This document shows, one piece after another, positions 56,846-64,000 of a DNA stretch of 64,000 nucleotides (its first letter is position 1; each line of letters opens with the position of its first letter). The notes under the pieces are model-generated. The model did no database searches. It saw only the letters and a program-made list of their open reading frames with translations, and was not told the origin of the DNA. The stretch spans positions 163 to 64,162 of the forward strand of contig JBHEPH010000007.1 of NCBI GenBank assembly GCA_046260395.1. Reading direction: 5' to 3'. The DNA comes from Gemmatimonadales bacterium (GTDB lineage: Bacteria > Gemmatimonadota > Gemmatimonadetes > Gemmatimonadales > GWC2-71-9). Position numbers and translations under genes: made by a program.

Positions 56846-57017
56846 TGTACGTTCCGCGTTTTTCTGCGCTAGCGAGACATGAGGAATCTCCCTACCTTGG
56901 CCTGCCGTTGCGAGCCTCGCCACGGATCCGTGATGGAGTTGTAGGGGGCGGGGGTCCGACGTGCCACCGGTGACGCCGCACGATGCTTGTTATCTGTTAC
57001 CACAGGCGGTACTATTA

Positions 57018-57212
57018 ATGGGCAAGCTGCGCCGCGGCGGGTTCATCTTCGTGACCTGGAAGGGCGATCACCCCCCGCGCCATGTGCACGTCTACCGCGA
57101 TGGGCGGCTGGTCGTGAAGTGGAACCTCGATGATCAGGTCGCCATGAAGGGCGAGGCGACGGACCGAGTCCTCCGTCTCATCGCGGAACTTCAGGAGGAA
57201 GGCGCGCTGTGA
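57018..57212 (+). CDS. DUF4160-like small protein (toxin-antitoxin-like pair, first gene)
   Basis: FIFVTWKGDHPPRHVHVYRDGR resembles the DUF4160 DHxPPHxH motif. Its stop overlaps the GTG of the next gene. Confidence 0.6.
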   Translation: MGKLRRGGFIFVTWKGDHPPRHVHVYRDGRLVVKWNLDDQVAMKGEATDRVLRLIAELQEEGAL

Positions 57213-57727
57213 AGATTCAGGCTGTCGAGGCCAACAACCGCAAGAAGGCGTTCGAGCTCCGTACGGCCCGGGGCGCCTTTACCTATCCGTACGCCAAGCT
57301 CTCCCTTGCGCCAACGAGTGAGGATCGTGTCGCCGAGGTCTATGCGGACCCCGACACCGGCCGGGAGGCGTTTACCTATCGCCTGGAGTCCGGCGCGGAG
57401 GACACCGTGCATCTCGATGCGGTGCTCGAGTACCACCAGGATCCCACCTACTGGAACGAGGTGCTGGTGCACCGGCTGACGGTGGAGGCGCGGAAGGCCC
57501 TGGCGCAGAGCGATCTGGCCAAGCGCGAGGTGGTCCGCCGCCTGGGTACCTCTCCCAGCCAGCTGTACCGGCTCCTGGATCCCAGTCGTTCCGGCAAGTC
57601 GGCCGGGCAGCTCCTGGCCATCCTGCATCTCCTTGGCCATGAGGTGGACGTCGTGGTGCGGCCGACGGCTGCGCGCCGTTCGCCTGCACCTGTCCGGCGA
57701 AAACGGTGGAAGCGTATTCCCGTCTGA
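57209..57727 (+). CDS. HTH (XRE-like) domain protein, partner of the DUF4160-like gene
   Basis: The C-terminal half LAKREVVRRLGTSPSQLYRLLDP...QLLAILHLLGHEV is a helix-turn-helix pattern. GTGA coupling with the upstream gene. Confidence 0.6.
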   Translation: MKIQAVEANNRKKAFELRTARGAFTYPYAKLSLAPTSEDRVAEVYADPDTGREAFTYRLESGAEDTVHLDAVLEYHQDPTYWNEVLVHRLTVEARKALAQSDLAKREVVRRLGTSPSQLYRLLDPSRSGKSAGQLLAILHLLGHEVDVVVRPTAARRSPAPVRRKRWKRIPV

Positions 57728-57825
57728 CAGCCCGGTGCTCCGCGTCCTCCGCGGCTCCGCGTGAGCCCCTCACCCAATCCCGCACGCGCCCCCCCCATCC
57801 CCTGGGCTCGAGGCTACTGCACCAG

Positions 57826-59616
57826 TCAGCGTGGAGCGCCGCTCGCGGGCCGCATCCCGTCGAATGCCACATCATGCAGCACCCGCGTCCGTGCCGAGAA
57901 GCGTCCGGGGGGCAGCCGGTCGAGGATGGCATTCGCCTCCTCGATCCGGCCAAGGCTGGCATGGATTCGTGCCTGCTCGAAGGCCAACCCCGGGATGTCC
58001 GCGCTTTGCAGGCGATCCAGCACCCGTTCAGACTCGGCGACCTCGCCCGCGCGCGCGTGGGCCACGCCAAGCCACCCCCACCATCGACTCCCGCCTTGTT
58101 CCCCCTCCAGGGCGAGGGCGCGCGCGAAGGCCTCCCGCGACCCGGGCCAATCGCCGGTAAGGAGCCGCAGGTGGCCGAGATTGCCCCAGTACGTCGCCGC
58201 GACCCAGACTGGCGACGGCTCGTTCGCGGTCGCACGTTCGTACAGGATGATGGCTTCCCGCGCGATCCGATCGGCGTGCCCGAGGGCACCATGGGCTCGA
58301 AGTTCGGTGGCCGCGTCCAGGCGCAAGCGCGCCGGGAGCGTGCCGAGGGAGTCCGGCGACTCGGAGCGGCAGCGGCTGGCCGCAGCGTCGAAATCCAGAT
58401 CCGGTTGCATCAGCGCCCGGACGGAGACGGCGCGGCGACAGGCCGACATTCCCGCCAGGGTCTCGGCGCTGAACAGGTCGAGCCAGGCGAGTTCCGCCGG
58501 ATAGTCCCCGATCTCATGAAACGCCCAGGCCCCGGTCTGCAGCAGGGTGGAAGGGTTGACCCCGGCCGAAAGCCTGTCGAATCCGGTGCGAACCTGGGCA
58601 AACAATTCGGCGGCGGTCGCGGCGTCTCCCATCTCCACGGCGACCAGCGCGGCCCAGTACTTGGCATCCGAAGACGCCGGCGCGGCCCTCACCCAGGCCC
58701 GGGCCGCGTCGAGCGCCTGCGTGGCGTCCTCCCCACGACGCGCTTGCCACCAGTTGAGCAGGACCCGATCCGCGTCCGGCAGGATCACCTCGCGACCCGC
58801 GAGTGACTCGGCCAGCGAGTCCCGCCACTGCCAGGGCCAGGTCGGATCGAGGGCACCGACCAGCCAGGCCATCGGCCCCGCCAGGCGTGGGTCGGCGGCG
58901 AGGGCGTCCTTGAAGAGCGGGTCCGCGAGGTGTCGCGCACCGCCCACCCAGTGCTGCGCCGCGGTCAGGTAGGTGACGTAGGCCTCCAGCGCGGGTGCCT
59001 GGGTGTCGGGTGGAGGCTGGGAGGCGGTGCTTGACCCGCCTCTCTCGAGCATCCAGTTCAATGCATCGCGCAAGACAAGGTCCAGGAGCGTGGCCGGATA
59101 CTCGGAGGCCAGCGTCGCAGTGCGGAAACTGTGGAGGACCTCGCCGGAGCCTGCGTCTGTCACCCTGGTCACGACGGCGAGCGAGTCGCCGATCTGGAAG
59201 TAGTCCCCGGTCAGGAGCCATCGCGCGCCGGTTTCCCGGGCCAGTATGCGCGCACGGTGGGTGTGGTCCTCATTGGTGTCGCTTCGAGACCTGAGCAGGG
59301 TATGGATGCGGGTGCTGCCGTCGAGCACTTCGACCCGCCCTGTCCTACCGAGCGAGAAGGCCACCCAGTCGGCCAGAATGATGCCGAGCGCGGGGTGGGA
59401 GGATTCGTGCGCCACAGGCTGGTAGGCCGCGACGAGGATGAGGGGTGGCTGGTCGTCGTTGCGGGGGGAAGCAAAGATCGCCAGGAGGGCAGCGGTGATG
59501 ATGACACCAAGTCCCAGGGCTCCCCAGCGCCAGCCCAGTCCCGCTTCAGGAGGCGCGGGTTGGGGCGACGGCGTCCTCGTGTTCGCTGGAGCGGTGAAGT
59601 GCGAGGGTTCGACCAT
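57826..59616 (-). CDS. membrane-anchored TPR repeat protein
   Basis: Single TM helix WGALGLGVIITAALLAIFA, then a periplasmic domain followed by multiple TPR-like repeats. 596 aa. Confidence 0.75.
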   Translation of the reverse strand: MVEPSHFTAPANTRTPSPQPAPPEAGLGWRWGALGLGVIITAALLAIFASPRNDDQPPLILVAAYQPVAHESSHPALGIILADWVAFSLGRTGRVEVLDGSTRIHTLLRSRSDTNEDHTHRARILARETGARWLLTGDYFQIGDSLAVVTRVTDAGSGEVLHSFRTATLASEYPATLLDLVLRDALNWMLERGGSSTASQPPPDTQAPALEAYVTYLTAAQHWVGGARHLADPLFKDALAADPRLAGPMAWLVGALDPTWPWQWRDSLAESLAGREVILPDADRVLLNWWQARRGEDATQALDAARAWVRAAPASSDAKYWAALVAVEMGDAATAAELFAQVRTGFDRLSAGVNPSTLLQTGAWAFHEIGDYPAELAWLDLFSAETLAGMSACRRAVSVRALMQPDLDFDAAASRCRSESPDSLGTLPARLRLDAATELRAHGALGHADRIAREAIILYERATANEPSPVWVAATYWGNLGHLRLLTGDWPGSREAFARALALEGEQGGSRWWGWLGVAHARAGEVAESERVLDRLQSADIPGLAFEQARIHASLGRIEEANAILDRLPPGRFSARTRVLHDVAFDGMRPASGAPR

Positions 59617-59745
59617 GGTGGTACCCCCTGCAGGCTGGCGCCTGTCCGGAAAGGGCGTGGATCGAGAAGGTATGGGCCGGGATGCCTGGTGGCAAGATGG
59701 GGACGGTGGGTAGGCGCCACTGCGCGGGCCACCGACCCGATTGAG

Positions 59746-60001
59746 AGCCCGCGCGGCGCGCGGGGGTGTGGAGTTGTCCCAGGCTCACGCCTGGGCTCGG
59801 CTGGGCGGCGCTAACGCGCCGGTGCTCAGCGGCGTCAGCCGCGGTATGCCGAGCCCCGGCGTGAGCCGGGGACCAGTCGAAACACCGCCCGTGACCCGCG
59901 ATATTTGCGCCCGGCCTCGGGCTCCCGCGTAGGGGCGCGCCCATCGGGCGCGCCCCTGCGTGCACAACAAACCCCATTGAATGCCCGCGCGTAGCGCGGG
60001 C
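59746..60001 (+). repeat. structured GC-rich repeat, copy B (REP-like palindrome 59926-59961)
   Basis: Same orientation as copy A and the same conserved blocks, with about 85 extra internal nt. It ends in the hairpin gcccgcgc-gta-gcgcgggc. Confidence 0.85.
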
Positions 60002-60166
60002 AGCATGCATCGGCGCACCCAATGCGAGTAGAATCAGGCCCCGGCGGTCCGGAGGCCACCTGACCCCAACCCGTGGCATCGCCGGGGCCCAGACCAGCCC
60101 CATTGCGGGCAACGTGGCTGCCAACCTGGCGCAGCACCGGGCGCTGGGGCGGCCCCGCCAGCACGC

Positions 60167-63100
60167 TTACGGCGGTCCAGGCCGATGCACCACTGGCGCC
60201 CGCGTCGTCGCCGGCGCCTGATATGGATAGGCCACGTTCGCACCCTGCACCGCGGCCGGGGTGGACGCATACAGCCCGAGCCCCGATGTGATGGCCGCAT
60301 CCCAGTTGGCGACGAAGGACCACCAGTTGGTCATCCAGGTGGGGCCGTGCGGAATCTGGTTGCCTCGGCCCGGGAAGTTCTGGAACCAGTAGGTGTACCA
60401 CTGCGATTCGACGCGCTGGCCGAAGTCCGGCTCGCCGGGCCATGGGTACGTCAGGTTCCCCCAGGTATCGACATTGACTGCTTTCTGTTGGCCGGCGTTG
60501 TCAGGTCTCCAGTCCTCGATGTCCGACGCCACGAGCGTCGGATTGATGTAGTCATAGTTTCCGGTCGTGTTGGGCGGCATGTGCGTCCATCCCGCCCGCC
60601 CCGTCGCAAACTGGTTCAGTGCGTTCACGCCGACGAACTTCTCCCAGAAGAAACGGTCATTCCCGGTCTGGCGGCTCGAGATGTATGACAGCATGGCTTC
60701 GAGCTGGTGTCCCACAACGTGAACCGCTTCAGCTTGACTGCGCCGGGTGGGGACGCCGTAGATGATGTAGGTGTGCGACAGCTTGGGCGCGTCATGCGGA
60801 TCCCGGTCGCTGTTCGAAATGTCCGCCGTCGTTGGACTGACCATGTTTGATTCCCATCCCACGCGCATGTCTTCCACCTTGAATACCGTCGGGTCGTGCA
60901 TGTAGATCGGGAAGCCGCCATCGAATCCACTCCAAGCAACCCACAGCTCACGAACAGTGTGCGCAGTCATGAACGGCGCCAGGTTGAGGTCTGCCATCAC
61001 GGCGTGCCAGTCCTCATACCTGGGCTGGCCCGGGAGGGTCGAGCGTTTCGTGGGATGTGGTGGAATCTGATCATACACGATGATGTGATCCACAACGCGG
61101 TAGCCCAGGCTGGGTAGGGCGGCGGCGTTGGCGTAACCACGAAAGCGACTTCCCTGCTCGACCATCATCTTCCGACGCTTCAGTATCGCGAGATTGTTGG
61201 CTTCCATGGCATCGAGGGACATCGGGTTGAGCCACCAGAAGTCCGGGTTGCGGGTCACGTCTATGTTGGAACCATCGGCCGTTGGCAGGTATTCGATGAT
61301 GACGACGGGAACCTCCCACAACGCCCCGGTCGCGGGCGTGGCCAGATACGGATCGACCGCCACCCGGCGCAGGCGAACGACCTCAGAGCTCCAATGGGCC
61401 ACAGTGCTGCCCACAGTGAGTGTCACCTGCGTTGCTCCCGGCACCTTGGCATGCACTGCGCCGGTCGTGGGGTTGATACTGGCTACGTTCGGATTGCTGC
61501 TGCTCCACTGCGCGCCGGCGACTGGGAACTGCCGCCCGAGCTGATCCTTCCCAATCGCTTTCAAGGCAAAGCGTACATCGACGCCGCGAACGGTGTCACG
61601 CATCCCGGCCGGCGGGAGGATGCTGATGGACACCGGCCCACCGGACCGCACCGGTCCGCGCAGAAATGACTGCTGCACATCGGGCCCGGCGAAGGCGCGG
61701 TCGTGAATCCGGACTTCGTCGTAAGACGCATTGGCGGTCTCGTCCAAGTAGTGCGAGCGTCCGAGCCAGAAGTCAGTATCCACCAGGTCACGCAAGCGGT
61801 AGGTTGTCTCGAACGACCCTCGTGGCGTTCCATCCAGGTACAGGGTAAGGCGGGTCTGTCCGCCGGCACCGCCGCCCTCGTCGATGGCAAGCACGATGTG
61901 GTGTTGCAAGTCGATGGTGAACGGCGCAAAGGCACGATCGAGGCGCTGCTCCACGCCATTCACGGTGAACCCTGTACGGTCGGTCGTGGGATCCGTGCCG
62001 TGCGACCATGCAATAAACAGGTTGTTCGCTGCAGACGACCCGATGTCGAACACGCGGCTCCATGCCTTGAGGGAATGCAGCGTTGCCCATATTTCGATCG
62101 TGGCGTCGGTCTTGGTGCGCAGGAGACCGGCAGGGAGAGCGACATACTGCGCCTGCGCTTGCGGCCCGCCGGTCAGCGTGACCATGCCCGCCACCGCCGA
62201 CGCAGGGGATGAGCCGGTTCCTGCGATGGTGGCGTGCGCGCCGCCCAGGTCATCAAGGAACACCGTCCCGGAACCACCACTCTCGGAGAAGGTCCAGCGA
62301 TGGACAAGCCCACGCACGGTGAGCAGGAGGGAAGCTTCGAGCCCGTCAGCGCGCGCACGGATGCGCGTAACACCGGCTCGTAGGCCCGTCAGGCGACCGG
62401 ACGCATCCACGGTCGCGATGTGTACTGAATCGCTGAGCCAGGTGACGGGCACGCCGGTGACCGGTGCCCCCGTGTGAGTGGTGACGCCCACCGTCAACTG
62501 CACCGGCTGCCCCTCGATGGCTTCACTCACCGGCGCCGTCACGGTGATGGCGGCCACGAGCGAGACAATGACGGAGGCCGTGGCAGTCACGCTGCCGGCC
62601 GCAGCCGTGACGGTGGTCGAGCCGGAGGACACTGAACTGACAACGCCGCTTTGTGTGACAGTCGCGATGGCGGGCTCGGACGTCGACCAGGTGACGGCCG
62701 CATTGACGATGGGCGCACCGCGCGCATCCGTGACCGTGGCGTGCAGGGTCTCGGCTCCAGGCATGCCGAGTCGGACAGATGAACTCGACAGGCTGATGGC
62801 GGCCGGCTCCTGATCCACCGTCACGGCCACCGTGGCTGTGACCGCGCCTGCCGAGGCGGTGATCGTCGTCGTCCCGTTGCCAATTGCCGTCACGGTCCCG
62901 GTTGCGGAGACCGTTGCCACGGCGTCGTTGGTGGAGGCCCAGGATACCTGGATCGCCATCGTCCCCCCGGTCTGGTCCCGGACGGTAGCTGTCACATGCT
63001 GCGTTGCCCCGAGGGATACAAGTGACAGCGTCGACGCGGAGAGGACAATGGCGGTTGGGACGGGTACGACGTGGGGCGGCGTGATGTCTTCGCCACCGCA

Positions 63101-63181
63101 CCCGGCGATGGGGGAGAGGAGAATGGATGCCGCGAGGGCGAGGCTGAACGGGCCGCGAAGTCTGGAGGTGCGGGTGGACAT
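60167..63181 (-). CDS. large lipoprotein: 3 x Big_2, LamG-like jelly-roll, Big_2, then an uncharacterised Trp-rich C-terminal domain
   Basis: Lipobox LSPIAGC. Big_2-like repeats (ATVRDQTGG...WASTNDAVATVSATGTVTAIGNGTTTITA and others). LamG pattern (HRWTF..., DATIEIWA, LYLDGTPRG, YDEVRIHDRA). The last 450 aa or so have no motif I recognise. Confidence 0.85.
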   Translation of the reverse strand: MSTRTSRLRGPFSLALAASILLSPIAGCGGEDITPPHVVPVPTAIVLSASTLSLVSLGATQHVTATVRDQTGGTMAIQVSWASTNDAVATVSATGTVTAIGNGTTTITASAGAVTATVAVTVDQEPAAISLSSSSVRLGMPGAETLHATVTDARGAPIVNAAVTWSTSEPAIATVTQSGVVSSVSSGSTTVTAAAGSVTATASVIVSLVAAITVTAPVSEAIEGQPVQLTVGVTTHTGAPVTGVPVTWLSDSVHIATVDASGRLTGLRAGVTRIRARADGLEASLLLTVRGLVHRWTFSESGGSGTVFLDDLGGAHATIAGTGSSPASAVAGMVTLTGGPQAQAQYVALPAGLLRTKTDATIEIWATLHSLKAWSRVFDIGSSAANNLFIAWSHGTDPTTDRTGFTVNGVEQRLDRAFAPFTIDLQHHIVLAIDEGGGAGGQTRLTLYLDGTPRGSFETTYRLRDLVDTDFWLGRSHYLDETANASYDEVRIHDRAFAGPDVQQSFLRGPVRSGGPVSISILPPAGMRDTVRGVDVRFALKAIGKDQLGRQFPVAGAQWSSSNPNVASINPTTGAVHAKVPGATQVTLTVGSTVAHWSSEVVRLRRVAVDPYLATPATGALWEVPVVIIEYLPTADGSNIDVTRNPDFWWLNPMSLDAMEANNLAILKRRKMMVEQGSRFRGYANAAALPSLGYRVVDHIIVYDQIPPHPTKRSTLPGQPRYEDWHAVMADLNLAPFMTAHTVRELWVAWSGFDGGFPIYMHDPTVFKVEDMRVGWESNMVSPTTADISNSDRDPHDAPKLSHTYIIYGVPTRRSQAEAVHVVGHQLEAMLSYISSRQTGNDRFFWEKFVGVNALNQFATGRAGWTHMPPNTTGNYDYINPTLVASDIEDWRPDNAGQQKAVNVDTWGNLTYPWPGEPDFGQRVESQWYTYWFQNFPGRGNQIPHGPTWMTNWWSFVANWDAAITSGLGLYASTPAAVQGANVAYPYQAPATTRAPVVHRPGPP

Positions 63182-63318
63182 GAAGTCTCTCCCTGAAGCG
63201 GGGTATTTGCGGGCCCTCAATAGCCGGGCGCAAACGGTCTGTATCACACCGTGGCAGGGTCAGGTCCAGCAGCACGCGACCGGCATGAACACCCGACACC
63301 ATGGTCCGGGGCGGCGGG

Positions 63319-64000
63319 TCAGATGCCGCAGGTTGAGCCGGCGGCGGCGGCCTTGGCCATGCCACCTGCTGCCCGGGTGAGCACCCCCGCTGCCACGAGG
63401 GTATTCACAGCCTGCGCGTGAGCGGCGACGTAGCGGCCGTGGCTGCCCCAGTCGGCGGTGCAGGGGACGTAGTCGTTCACATCGAGGGCATAACCGTAGA
63501 CGCCGGCAAGGTGGGCCTCGACCAGGAGCCGCTCGCTGGAGGACAGAGCACGATCGTAGACGATGACCTCGGCGAGATCGCCCTCGAACCAGTAGATGGG
63601 AATGGCACGGAAGTGACCGAGTGTGGAGCCGGAGTTACTCAGCAAAGGGCTGACGTTGTTATCTGTCGCGACGGAGGCGCCGTTGTGATACAGGGTCCGG
63701 CCCGCCGCCTGTGCGAAGAGAAACGTGTCCAGCGACCAGATCTCGGTCCCCGAGTAGTCCTCAACGACGGCGTCAAGATCATTGGCGAAGTGCGCCTGTC
63801 GCAGGAGATCGGTACGTTCATAGCCGAGAACGAGATTACGGTCGATCCCGACCTGATCTCCAGCGATGTAGAAATTGGCCAGGCCAGCTCGGTCGCGACC
63901 GTTAACGACGATTATCGTGTAGTCGGAGCCGGCAAGCCAGGTGAGGTCGATCTCGAGTGCGCTTGCCCCATCGAAGCGGACAGTTGGCTGTCCGCGAACC
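63319..64000 (-). CDS. LamG-like domain protein, 5'-truncated by the window edge
   Basis: My own translation is open from the window end: VRGQPTVRFDGAS...FYIAGDQVGIDRNLVLGY...YWFEGDLAEVIVYDRALSSSERLLVEAHLAGVYG. The listed 63319..63645 ORF is only its tail. Confidence 0.75.
   Translation of the reverse strand, partial: VRGQPTVRFDGASALEIDLTWLAGSDYTIIVVNGRDRAGLANFYIAGDQVGIDRNLVLGYERTDLLRQAHFANDLDAVVEDYSGTEIWSLDTFLFAQAAGRTLYHNGASVATDNNVSPLLSNSGSTLGHFRAIPIYWFEGDLAEVIVYDRALSSSERLLVEAHLAGVYGYALDVNDYVPCTADWGSHGRYVAAHAQAVNTLVAAGVLTRAAGGMAKAAAAGSTCGI

Noticed and set aside
56398-56973. The 191-aa ORF in the pilT upstream gap. Also the apparent protein homology between 56557..56829 (-) and 59546..60124 (-), both containing MGFVV.AGAR.
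   Set aside because: Composition is R/P/G/A-dominated. The similarity is explained by the underlying DNA repeat (copies A and B), including indels that break the frame.
54850-64000. A classical integrase-borne genomic island inserted at tRNA-Met.
   Set aside because: No integrase, recombinase or transposase signature appears in any frame that I can see. The tRNA 3'-end duplicate lies only 64 bp away rather than at a distal island boundary. The region is kept only as loosely 'accessory-looking'.

Overview
This is a very GC-rich bacterial chromosomal segment. Protein signatures and gene style suggest a Gemmatimonadota-like organism, but that is inference only because no search was run. I call about 55 protein genes and 3 tRNAs; there is no rRNA, CRISPR array, transposase or integrase.

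Most of the window is tightly packed housekeeping: gltX, valS, thrS, purH/purN, glyA, rpiB, eno, ftsB, thiL, plsC, nnr, dps and selA. Long chains of functionally unrelated genes are joined by 4-nt ATGA/GTGA start-stop overlaps. The long Arg/Pro/Gly-rich antisense ORFs in the track are GC shadows and were not called.

Observations worth a second look:
- A RadC/JAB domain is fused to a DinG/XPD-type Fe-S helicase (3694-6192).
- A family of intergenic elements is built from 7-nt purine-rich repeats (GAGAAGT/GAGCAGT) paired with the inverted pyrimidine arm. Six copies fill whole intergenic gaps and create false N-terminal ORF extensions.
- A strong orphan intrinsic terminator sits 40 nt upstream of a stand-alone LuxR/GerE gene (possible sRNA or attenuator).
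- A 4 x 19-bp array of palindromes lies upstream of eno.
- The 3' end of tRNA-Met is duplicated 64 bp downstream.
- The window ends in an accessory-looking region (56.2-64 kb). Two same-orientation copies of a REP-like structured repeat bracket a 2.9-kb cassette (DUF4160/HTH pair plus a membrane TPR protein). Next to it are a 1004-aa Big_2/LamG lipoprotein with an unrecognised Trp-rich C-terminal domain and a second LamG protein.

I cannot point to a single clear novel multi-gene system. All family names rest on motif recognition by eye.
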